From Actinomycetota bacterium (lineage in GTDB: Bacteria; Actinomycetota; Acidimicrobiia; Actinomarinales; Actinomarinaceae), in the NCBI GenBank assembly GCA_027729925.1, contig JAQCEB010000005.1, forward strand, positions 1 to 38,476: a stretch of 38,476 nt of DNA, given 5' to 3'. Of this stretch, positions 9,251 to 18,310 are shown one piece after another. The notes under the pieces are model-generated. The model was not told where the DNA came from, did no database searches, and saw only the letters and a list, made by a program, of their open reading frames with translations. The first letter of the stretch is position 1. Each line of letters starts with the position of its first letter. The position numbers and the translations under genes are program-made.

Positions 9251-9848
9251 AATTTAACCAGAAATTAATTTCAGATAAATTATGTTCAATTGAAGATTCG
9301 CCATTAAGAATAAGAAAATTATCACTATTTTTGTTTGCTATTTCAAGATAACCTTCTCTTACTTTTTCAAAAAATTCAAGTCTATCTGAACCAATTCTGT
9401 CCGCTAAAGATTGTCTTTTTAGTGCAATCTCTGGGTTAATATCCAACAAAATAACTTTATGTGGCCAAAATGAATTTATTGCTAAGTCATTTAATTGAAA
9501 AATCTTTTCAAAGCCGAGTCCTCTACCAACACCTTGGTATGCAACAGAAGAATATGCTGATCTATCAGAAATAATTTTTATATTTTTATTAATACTTGGT
9601 TGAACAACTTCATTTATTAACTGCGATCTTTGAGCTGCAAACAATAAAGCTTCTGTAAATTCAGAGACTACATAATCATGGCTTAATAATAAATTTCTTA
9701 TACCTTCACCAACTTTAGTTCCCCCTGGTTCTCGTACTAAAATATTCTCAACACCAGACTCACTTAGTTGTACAGAAAGTTTTTCAGCAAGAGTGGATTT
9801 ACCACAACCGTCAATTCCTTCAAAAGCTATGTAATCATTTTTCATCAT
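9237..9848 (-). CDS. tmk: Thymidylate kinase
   Basis: FEGIDGCGKST P-loop, REPGGT, EALLFAA.R and DR...SS.AYQG. Confidence 0.96.
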   Translation of the reverse strand: MMKNDYIAFEGIDGCGKSTLAEKLSVQLSESGVENILVREPGGTKVGEGIRNLLLSHDYVVSEFTEALLFAAQRSQLINEVVQPSINKNIKIISDRSAYSSVAYQGVGRGLGFEKIFQLNDLAINSFWPHKVILLDINPEIALKRQSLADRIGSDRLEFFEKVREGYLEIANKNSDNFLILNGESSIEHNLSEINFWLNFDNS

Positions 9849-11209
9849 GGCTGATCCTCTTCATTATTAAGATTTAATCTTAACTTGTTAAAATTAGAAT
9901 TTTCAAATCCAAATTCTTGTACTAAATTTTTGTATCCATTAAAAAATGTATAAATTCCTGTAACTAATATAAGCAATGCACTTGCCCTTAAAACAAATAG
10001 TACTCCATCAAATTTAAAAATATCTTTTGCAATGTTTGCTAAAAATCCTGATAAAAATACGGAGATTAATAATGAGATTCTTGCAATAGAATAAAAATTT
10101 CCAAACACTCTCCCTCTAAGCTCTTGCGAGGTAGTGCTTTGTAAGTAACTTAAAGTTAAAATATAAATTGTTCCTGAACCTATACCCGCAATAAAAATAA
10201 AAAATAAAATTGTTGAAAATTCATATGACGAAAAACTAAATATCAAAGATAAACCAGTTATTGTCATACTAATACCAATAAAAAACGGCACCCTGCTGAA
10301 ACTTGTTACGAAATAACTTAAAATTACCATCGTAAAAACTACTCCAAAACCAAAGGAAGCAATCATAAAACCATAGGAACTTTGAGTAAATTGTAAAGTT
10401 TGAGTTAAGTAAGAATTGCCAAGAACAAACAAAGCCCCTGCTCCTAATAGGCTGATTGATATTGATGTAGATACTGTTTTTAACTCTGAATTATTCAAAA
10501 AATATTTTATACCAATAGTTAAGCCTTTTAATACTGGTTGATTTTTCTTACTTTGAAATTTGTTTTGTGAACTTTTTAAAAATAATAACAAAATAATTGA
10601 TAACAGAAAAGTTAAAGCATCAATCAAGAAAATAATTGAACCATTCCAATTATTTCCTATCTTAATTAAAGATTGGAAGTAAAAAGAATCTGATAAAAAA
10701 CCAAATAGTAAAGATGCTAAAGGCAATGTAGCATAAGTTCCAATTGCAAAAAATGAGTTTGCCTTGACTAAATATTCATCTTTTACAACTTCTGGAACTA
10801 CAGCTTCTCTTGATGGTTGTCTTATTAATGAAAATATCTCTGAAACAAAATTTATTATGAAAAGTTGTAATAGTGATTCCGCAAAAAATAATAGAACAAC
10901 GACCAACATTCGTACACTATCGCATAAAAGCATTATGTTTTTTTTATTAAATCGATCTGCTAGTAAACCAGCAAAAGTTGAAAGTAAAGCTGGAATTATA
11001 CGAGCTATTACAGGGATTACTGCAGTAATTTCTGAGTTTCCATTTTTTGAACCAAAGTAACTTGCCAGAGCAACTGAAGCAAATAAAGTTCCCCAATCTC
11101 CAAAACTTGAAAGTGTGCCAGACCACCAAAGAATCGAAAATTGTGATTTTGAAAATATTTTTACTGAATTCATTCCTACAATAATCCTAATAACTCTTAC
11201 AAATGACAA
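9845..11209 (-). CDS. MFS transporter translationally coupled to tmk
   Basis: About 12 TM segments, GLLADRFNKK motif A and LRGRVFG; ATGA overlap with tmk. The true start may be ATG at 11173 rather than TTG at 11209. Confidence 0.88.
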   Translation of the reverse strand: MSFVRVIRIIVGMNSVKIFSKSQFSILWWSGTLSSFGDWGTLFASVALASYFGSKNGNSEITAVIPVIARIIPALLSTFAGLLADRFNKKNIMLLCDSVRMLVVVLLFFAESLLQLFIINFVSEIFSLIRQPSREAVVPEVVKDEYLVKANSFFAIGTYATLPLASLLFGFLSDSFYFQSLIKIGNNWNGSIIFLIDALTFLLSIILLLFLKSSQNKFQSKKNQPVLKGLTIGIKYFLNNSELKTVSTSISISLLGAGALFVLGNSYLTQTLQFTQSSYGFMIASFGFGVVFTMVILSYFVTSFSRVPFFIGISMTITGLSLIFSFSSYEFSTILFFIFIAGIGSGTIYILTLSYLQSTTSQELRGRVFGNFYSIARISLLISVFLSGFLANIAKDIFKFDGVLFVLRASALLILVTGIYTFFNGYKNLVQEFGFENSNFNKLRLNLNNEEDQP

Positions 11210-11263
11210 GACTTTTTTTTTAAATACTGTACATTTAACAAAAATAATGTTATCAATAAAGAC

Positions 11264-13951
11264 ATGTCAAAACCATTAGTTATTGTTGAGTCCCCAACAA
11301 AGGTAAAAACTATTTCTAAAATTTTAGGGACTGAATATAATGTCAAGTCAAGTGTTGGTCATATAAGGGATTTACCAAGAAATTCTAAATCAATCCCTAA
11401 TCAATATATGAATGGGAATATTTTGTGGGGTGCAGTGAAACCTGGAAATTTTGAAAATATTTACGTAGTACCTGAAGATAGAAGAAAAATTGTTAATGAA
11501 CTAAAAAAATTAGCAAAAGATGCGCCGGATGTTTATTTAGCAACTGATGACGACAGAGAAGGTGAGGCTATTGCATATCATCTAAAAGAAATTTTAAATC
11601 TTAAATTTGAACCAAAAAGAATTAAATTCAATGAAATAACAGAATCTGCAGTAAAGAAAGCAATTGATAATCCTGAAACTATTAACATAGGAAAGTTTAA
11701 ATCTTATGAAGCTAGAAGAACACTAGATCGAATGATAGGGTACGAGATTTCACCAAAAGTTAGAGACTTGGGTGGAGCATTTATCTCTACGGGGAGAGTG
11801 CAGGGTCCAGCAATAAGACTAATTGTTGAAAGAGAAGAAGAAAGAATAAAGTTTGTAAAATCAAGATACTTTGACATATCTTCAATTTGTAATAGTGGTG
11901 GGTATCAATTCGAAGCAACAGTAAAAAAAATTAACAGTTTAAAAGTTGCTTCCTCTTCTGATTTTAATAATAAAGGAGAAAGAATAAGTGCAGAAAGATA
12001 CTATTTAGAGCAGAGCCAAATTGATAATTTAAAATCAAAGCTCAGCAATTTAGATTCTAAAGTTTCAAAAATTAAAAGTACTCCAAGAACTTCTCGCCCG
12101 CCAAAACCATTTAAGACAACCACTTTACAATCAGCAGCAAGAAGCGCTCTAGGTTTTCAGCCTGGAAAGACAATGGGTATAGCTCAAAAACTTTATCAAG
12201 AAGGTTTAATTACATACATGAGAACCGATTCAATTAGACTTTCAGATGTAGCAATAAATGCCTCAAGAAAGTATATAGCTGAAAACTTTTCTGATCAATA
12301 TCTTCCAGAAAACCCAAACTTATATGGAGATAATCAAAATGCTCAAGCTGCTCATGAAGCAATTAGACCTTCAGGTGAAATATTTACTACTCCTCAACAA
12401 CTTGAAAATAAATATAATAGTGATACTGACGAATTTAAACTATATTCATTAATTTTTAACACTACAATCGCTTCCCAAATGTCTGATGCTAATGGTTATA
12501 CCAAAACTATTGAAATTCAAATTTCTGACGAAGAGTTTGGATTAATAATATTAGGAATTTCAGGTACTACCTGGGAGTTTGGAGGATATAGAGATCAATT
12601 AAAATATGATAACGATTTAAGTCAAGAACTACCTGACCTAATTGAAGGTCAAAATCTAACTATAGAAAGATGTGAAATCGAAGAAAAATTTACTTCACCC
12701 CCAAACAGGTATTCTTCAACTTCACTTATTAATAAGATGGAAGAACTCGGTATAGGTCGTCCATCAACATATGTCTCGATTATTGACAGCATCACCTCAG
12801 TATTTATTAATTCCGAATCAAACTTAAAACCTAGAGCATTGGCTATGGCATTAATTAATAATTTTATGAAGCCTTTCTTTAACCAATATATTGATTTTGA
12901 ATTTTCAAAAGAAATGGAAGATGAATTAGACAAAATCCTAGATAGTTCAAATCCAGAAGATTCAAAAATTAATTTCTTAGAAAAATCTTATGAGTCAATA
13001 ACATACCATATTAACGAATACGGAACTCAGGACCCTGCTGTTTTAACAACTGTCAATCTTCCTTTTGAGTCAAGGTATGTAATCAAAACAGGGAGGATAG
13101 TTGAAAAAACACCATATCCATACTTGCTAAGAGATGATGGCTTTAAGGTTGGGCTGCCACCTGACATTACTATTGAAGAATTAACAAAAAATTATATTGA
13201 TGAATTAGAAGTGCAGCAAGAAAAAAGTTTAAAAAAAGAGAGATCTGTTGGCGATTGTCCTGAATGCAAAACTGAAATTTATATTAAATTAGGTCCCAAT
13301 GGAAGCTTCTATTTGCAACACGGTGAAAAAACTAAAGGAATTAAGCAATCAAAGTGTAAATATAAAAACTTAATTGGTCCTATTTTTGAAGATGAAGATC
13401 CTAATAATTTAAGTATTGAAGATTCTATAAATAGATTTTCACTTTCTACTAAGAATCCAAGACTAGTAACTACATCTGGAGAATGGTCATATTTAACTGC
13501 TGTAGGACCTTATGGTGGGTATGCAATAAAACAAAGAGATAGAAAAGTTTTTAATTTAGAACATCTAAATTCTTTAAACAAAGAGGAGTTGATAGAAATT
13601 TTAGATGATGAAAAGTACAAAAATATATCAAATTACCTAGGTGGAGAAAATTTAAAAATATCTAAAACTCAATCTAAAGATGAAATTATAAATTCAATAG
13701 CAGAACATTATAAATTAGAAGAAAAGCGAATTAAAACATTGAATAAAGAAACTTTGGTCTTGCTTTCTAAAGCCTTGGAAATAGTTTTCTATAGAGGTAG
13801 ATTTAGAATGAAAGCTGAGGACGCGACAAAACAAAATTTAATTAACAAGATATTGATAGACAAGAAAAACAAACCTTTAGAAACTCCAAGGCATGCTTTA
13901 ACTATTACTAGTGAGGAAATTTTAAATTTATTCGGTGATCTGGAAAATTAA
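11264..13951 (+). CDS. topA: Type IA DNA topoisomerase I
   Basis: LVIVESP.K, SVGHIRDL, ATDDDREGE, S.GRVQ, catalytic ITYMRTDS, AHEAIRP and GIGRPSTY. Confidence 0.98.
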   Translation: MSKPLVIVESPTKVKTISKILGTEYNVKSSVGHIRDLPRNSKSIPNQYMNGNILWGAVKPGNFENIYVVPEDRRKIVNELKKLAKDAPDVYLATDDDREGEAIAYHLKEILNLKFEPKRIKFNEITESAVKKAIDNPETINIGKFKSYEARRTLDRMIGYEISPKVRDLGGAFISTGRVQGPAIRLIVEREEERIKFVKSRYFDISSICNSGGYQFEATVKKINSLKVASSSDFNNKGERISAERYYLEQSQIDNLKSKLSNLDSKVSKIKSTPRTSRPPKPFKTTTLQSAARSALGFQPGKTMGIAQKLYQEGLITYMRTDSIRLSDVAINASRKYIAENFSDQYLPENPNLYGDNQNAQAAHEAIRPSGEIFTTPQQLENKYNSDTDEFKLYSLIFNTTIASQMSDANGYTKTIEIQISDEEFGLIILGISGTTWEFGGYRDQLKYDNDLSQELPDLIEGQNLTIERCEIEEKFTSPPNRYSSTSLINKMEELGIGRPSTYVSIIDSITSVFINSESNLKPRALAMALINNFMKPFFNQYIDFEFSKEMEDELDKILDSSNPEDSKINFLEKSYESITYHINEYGTQDPAVLTTVNLPFESRYVIKTGRIVEKTPYPYLLRDDGFKVGLPPDITIEELTKNYIDELEVQQEKSLKKERSVGDCPECKTEIYIKLGPNGSFYLQHGEKTKGIKQSKCKYKNLIGPIFEDEDPNNLSIEDSINRFSLSTKNPRLVTTSGEWSYLTAVGPYGGYAIKQRDRKVFNLEHLNSLNKEELIEILDDEKYKNISNYLGGENLKISKTQSKDEIINSIAEHYKLEEKRIKTLNKETLVLLSKALEIVFYRGRFRMKAEDATKQNLINKILIDKKNKPLETPRHALTITSEEILNLFGDLEN

Positions 13952-15006
13952 TTTTTAAGATTCAAAACTTTCTCAATTGATTCTGAAACTCTATCCCAAC
14001 TAAATTCTCTTTTAACGAATTCCTTTGAAGCATTGCCAAATTCTTTTATTTTTTCAGGATTATCGATGAAAAAATTAAGTGCATCAGAGATATCTTTTCT
14101 TGAAGAAACTATAAATCCTGTTTTCCCAGGTATTATAGTTTCGAATGAACCGCCTGATGAACCTACTAAAACAGGAAGGCCATAACTAGCAGCTTCCAAA
14201 TAAACTAATCCTAAACCTTCAAATTCTCTTCCAAAGTATCGTGATTTTGAAGGCATAACAAAAACATCTAGGGATTTATAAAATTCTTCCAAAGAGTCAT
14301 GATTCTTATCTGAATAAAAACTAATTTTTGCTGATGAAAGCTTTGCTAATTTCCTTAAAAAACTTTCTTGTTTTCCAAAACCAAATATCTTTAATTCTAC
14401 TCTCCTGCCTTCATCAACTAAATCTGATACTGAGTCGATAACCCAGTCAATTTTTTTTCTAGGTACAAATCTACTACTCACTCCTACGGTCAACACGTCT
14501 TTTTGTTTGTAATCTTTTTCAAAATCAATTTTGTCTATGCCAGCTTTAACTATTTCAATTTCAGAATCTACAATAGTTCTTAACTTCCTTGCCGTGTAGT
14601 AACTTACAGTAAATATTTTTTCTAAATCATTCAGATTATTTTTTAAAACTCTATTTAAAAATGGAATACTTCTAACAATGTTAAATTCCGCACCGTGAAC
14701 AATCATATATTGTGGTAAATTGTAAATTTTTAATTTCTTAATCATTAAAAACTGTGGATTGCTAGAAGCATGAAGAATAACATTTATATTCTTTGTATTA
14801 ATTATTTTATTTATCTCATTGTATGTTTTTTTATTCGGATAAATAAATCCTTTTGATGATTTTGTTTCAGGATTATTGTCTGCCCATTTTGGAGAATATA
14901 TAATAACTTCACTTTTCATATTTTCTATTAGTGAATTTATATATGTTGATATACCTCCTTTTTTTGGAGTTATATCATTTGTTATAAGTAAAATTCTCAT
15001 ATCCAA
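13948..15006 (-). CDS. GT4 glycosyltransferase, PimB'-like (phosphatidylinositol mannosyltransferase-like)
   Basis: ITND..P..GGI..Y, HGAE, SRFVPRK and EGLGLVYLEA (Ex7E) motifs. Confidence 0.82.
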   Translation of the reverse strand: MDMRILLITNDITPKKGGISTYINSLIENMKSEVIIYSPKWADNNPETKSSKGFIYPNKKTYNEINKIINTKNINVILHASSNPQFLMIKKLKIYNLPQYMIVHGAEFNIVRSIPFLNRVLKNNLNDLEKIFTVSYYTARKLRTIVDSEIEIVKAGIDKIDFEKDYKQKDVLTVGVSSRFVPRKKIDWVIDSVSDLVDEGRRVELKIFGFGKQESFLRKLAKLSSAKISFYSDKNHDSLEEFYKSLDVFVMPSKSRYFGREFEGLGLVYLEAASYGLPVLVGSSGGSFETIIPGKTGFIVSSRKDISDALNFFIDNPEKIKEFGNASKEFVKREFSWDRVSESIEKVLNLKN

Positions 15007-16195
15007 TTTCTCCTACATTATAGGACCATAGTTGGTATTGATTATTTTGATTTATCAAAGTTGAGATACCTAAATTATTGGGAATAGTAAATCCAGATGC
15101 TGCTTTATCGTTAGGAAGTTTTAATAGCTTTGTTATACCAGCTTTTATAGTCCCACCATGCGATGAGATAAACACATTTTTATTTTTAAACTGATTAAGT
15201 AATTTTTCAACTCTAACCCCGACTTGATATAAAGATTCTCCATTTTCCCCATATTTTGATTTATGGTTCAAAAAAAGTGCATTAATAAATTCATCTTTAT
15301 TGTTCTCGAGTATTTGTGATGTAGTCATCCCTTCCCAATTACCTAAATCAATCTCGACCAGTGAACTAGATAATTGAAAATTATTTTTTGTTACTAAATT
15401 TAATGTTTGCTGAGTTCTTTTAAGTGGAGATGAGATATATTCATCATAAATTGATATTTTTTTGTTTAATTTATTTGCCTCTCTTATTCCAAAATTATTT
15501 ATTGGATTATCAATTTTACCTTGCCAAATTCCTTTAGTGTTTGAATCAGTTTGTGCATGCCTCATAAACGTTAATTGAGAGTTAAATAAATGAATTGGAA
15601 AATCATACAAATTATCGAGATGGATAGCATCATTAAATTTATTAACTTGCCTAAGACCATCTCTTTCAATAATTGTAGAAATAGAAGTATTTCTAATATT
15701 TCCGACTGGATATGGGAACTCTTTAAAGCCTAAAGTTAAACCAATTGCAGTACCAATAAAAAAACCATGAGTTACAGCTAATGAAATTTCGTTTTCTTTT
15801 GTTTTTGAAAATAAATAATCTAGTTCAAGATGAACTCTTTCTCTAAAATTTTTCATTGATTCTCCATTTGGAAAAACAAATGAATCATCCGCTAAAGAAT
15901 CAAAAATGGACCGATTGTTAGTATAAGTTTCTGAAACTTTCTCGCCCGCAAAATTTCCAACATCAACTTCTCTCAATTGTTTTCTTTTCTCAATGCTGTT
16001 TGAGAATTTATGGGCCGTATCTAAAGCTCTTTTAAGATCTGAACTAAAAACTTTGGAGAAGTTGTTTAGTCTATTAGATGATTGAACTGCTTGTTTTAAA
16101 CCAGTTGAATCTAAAGAAGTTTCACTATGACCTTGCCAAATTTTTTGTAAATTTTCTTTTGTTTGACCATGTCTAATTAAGTGAAGAGTCTTCAC
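14975..16195 (-). CDS. Histidine phosphatase family protein with two tandem domains
   Basis: Domain 1 has RHGQT, SSDL.RA, E...G.F.G and THG; domain 2 has RHAQT, SSPL.R, E...G.W.G and SHG. GTG start. Confidence 0.9.
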   Translation of the reverse strand: MKTLHLIRHGQTKENLQKIWQGHSETSLDSTGLKQAVQSSNRLNNFSKVFSSDLKRALDTAHKFSNSIEKRKQLREVDVGNFAGEKVSETYTNNRSIFDSLADDSFVFPNGESMKNFRERVHLELDYLFSKTKENEISLAVTHGFFIGTAIGLTLGFKEFPYPVGNIRNTSISTIIERDGLRQVNKFNDAIHLDNLYDFPIHLFNSQLTFMRHAQTDSNTKGIWQGKIDNPINNFGIREANKLNKKISIYDEYISSPLKRTQQTLNLVTKNNFQLSSSLVEIDLGNWEGMTTSQILENNKDEFINALFLNHKSKYGENGESLYQVGVRVEKLLNQFKNKNVFISSHGGTIKAGITKLLKLPNDKAASGFTIPNNLGISTLINQNNQYQLWSYNVGEIGYENFTYNK

Positions 16196-16201
16196 TAATA
16201 C

Positions 16202-18250
16202 TTAAAAAGCAGAGGCAAAAATTAAACTGACTATTGTCATAACCTTTATAACGATATTCATTGCTGGACCAGATGTGTCTTTAAATGGGTCTCCAATTGT
16301 ATCACCTATAACAGCAGCTTTGTGCTCATCAGAGCCTTTACCTGCGCCACCTCCAGCTTCAATATATTTTTTGGCGTTATCCCATGCTCCACCTGAGTTA
16401 GCCATAAAGATCGCTAATAAAAATCCAGTTACTAGAGCTCCAGCTAGAAATCCACCTAATGCCTCTTTATTCCAAAAACCAATTACTAATGGAAGGACAA
16501 TTGCTAATCCACCAGGTAATAACATTTCTTTTAAAGCTGCAGTAGTAGCAATATCTACACACTCTTCGTATTCAGGGACTACTCCTTCTTTTCCTTCTCT
16601 TAATCCAGGAATTTCTCTGAACTGTCTTCTAACTTCTTCAATCATTTTAAAAGCTGCCCGACCAACTGCATTAATTGTCATAGCAGCAAATAAAAATGGA
16701 AACATACCCCCTAGAAAAAGTCCAGCAGTAACTTCAACTTTAGTTAAATTTAATCCAATTTCACTCAAACCTGCACTTTGAACAAATGCAGAAAATAGGG
16801 CTAAAGAAGTAACTGCTGCTGATCCAATTGCAAAACCTTTTGCAATAGCAGCAGTAGTATTTCCTAACGAATCTAATTCGTCAGTAGCTTTACGTACTTC
16901 AGGGGCAAGATGGGCCATTTCAGCAATTCCGCCTGCATTATCAGCAATTGGACCGTAGGCATCAACAGCAACCGTGATACCTAGTGTTGCAAGAACTCCG
17001 ATAGCAGCAATAGCCACGCCATAAATTCCTCCACCTTCACCTAATGCCCAATCTCCAGAAGCATACGCGCCACCTACACCTAATACGACAACTACTACTG
17101 AAAAAGCTGCTGACCTCATACCTTCTGCTATTCCAGAAAGAACAACAGTTGCAGGGCCAGTTTTAGCTTGATCTGCAATATTCTTTACAATTGAATAATG
17201 ATCGGATGTAAACCACTCTGATATTTGTCCAACGAGGATACCAACTAAAAGTCCAACTATAACTGAAATAAATAAACCTACAGAATTTTCTGTGTAGTCA
17301 GAAAACATGGCAGAAGAAAGAAAATATACTCCAACGGCTGTTAAAAAAGCCGCAGAATAAGTTCCTCTATGTAAAGCTTGAGCTAACTTACCTTCTTTAG
17401 GAACTACTAAAAATGATGAAACAATGGATGCAAGCATTCCAATTGTGCCCACGGCCATTGGAAAAAATAATAAAGATGGAAGTACTTCTTGATTGCTAAA
17501 TACAATTGCTGCATATGCTAGAGGAGCGACTAAAGAACCAACATAGCTTTCAAATAAGTCTGCACCCATTCCAGCTACATCGCCAACATTATCACCTACA
17601 TTATCAGCAATTGTTGCTGGGTTTCTTGGATCATCCTCAGGAATTCCTGCTTCAACTTTACCTACTAAGTCAGCACCTACATCAGCTGCTTTAGTGTAAA
17701 TTCCGCCACCTACCCTTGCAAATAATGCAATTGAGGAACCTCCAAGACCTATTGCAGCCAAAATATCATATCCATTTTTTAGGTCCATAACATCAATGAA
17801 TATCCAATAGCCGAGTGCAACTCCTAAAAGTCCTAATCCAGCTACTGAAAATCCCATGACAGCTCCGCCCCTAAATGCTACTGGAAGAGCTTTTAATGTA
17901 CCTCCGTCTCTAGCAGCTTCAGTAGTTCTCCCATTTGCTGCGGTAGCTATTCTCATTCCGATAAAACCTGCTAAAGAAGAAAAAAGCGCTCCACCAACAA
18001 ATGCTACGGATCCCCAGGGATAACCCCAATCAGTTAAAGTAGAAATTAAAACTGCTAGAACAACTACAAAAACACTGACCCAAGAATATTGCCGTTTAAG
18101 AAATGCCATTGAACCTTTTCTGATTGCATCAGATAAACTTTTTACTTTTTCGTCTGTTACTTCTATAGATAAAATCTTTTTTGCAAAATATGCTGCTAAA
18201 GCAAGTCCTAAAAATGCAGCAATAATTGATCCTCGAAAGTTAAATAACAT
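16202..18250 (-). CDS. hppA: Membrane-bound K+-dependent, probably Na+-translocating pyrophosphatase
   Basis: GGGIYTKAADVGADLVGKVE, EDDPRN, DNVGDNVGD, GNTTAA, GGAWDNAKK and GDTIGDPFKD. Confidence 0.97.
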   Translation of the reverse strand: MLFNFRGSIIAAFLGLALAAYFAKKILSIEVTDEKVKSLSDAIRKGSMAFLKRQYSWVSVFVVVLAVLISTLTDWGYPWGSVAFVGGALFSSLAGFIGMRIATAANGRTTEAARDGGTLKALPVAFRGGAVMGFSVAGLGLLGVALGYWIFIDVMDLKNGYDILAAIGLGGSSIALFARVGGGIYTKAADVGADLVGKVEAGIPEDDPRNPATIADNVGDNVGDVAGMGADLFESYVGSLVAPLAYAAIVFSNQEVLPSLLFFPMAVGTIGMLASIVSSFLVVPKEGKLAQALHRGTYSAAFLTAVGVYFLSSAMFSDYTENSVGLFISVIVGLLVGILVGQISEWFTSDHYSIVKNIADQAKTGPATVVLSGIAEGMRSAAFSVVVVVLGVGGAYASGDWALGEGGGIYGVAIAAIGVLATLGITVAVDAYGPIADNAGGIAEMAHLAPEVRKATDELDSLGNTTAAIAKGFAIGSAAVTSLALFSAFVQSAGLSEIGLNLTKVEVTAGLFLGGMFPFLFAAMTINAVGRAAFKMIEEVRRQFREIPGLREGKEGVVPEYEECVDIATTAALKEMLLPGGLAIVLPLVIGFWNKEALGGFLAGALVTGFLLAIFMANSGGAWDNAKKYIEAGGGAGKGSDEHKAAVIGDTIGDPFKDTSGPAMNIVIKVMTIVSLIFASAF

Positions 18251-18310
18251 TAATTTTTCCCCTTTTTCAACAAATTAATAATAATAAAAAAAATGACTTT
18301 TGTATTGAAT

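Noticed and set aside
16202-18250. Higher GC in hppA (also leuC and tldD), suggesting horizontal transfer
   Set aside because: It is explained by Gly/Ala-rich conserved proteins; third codon positions remain AT-rich.
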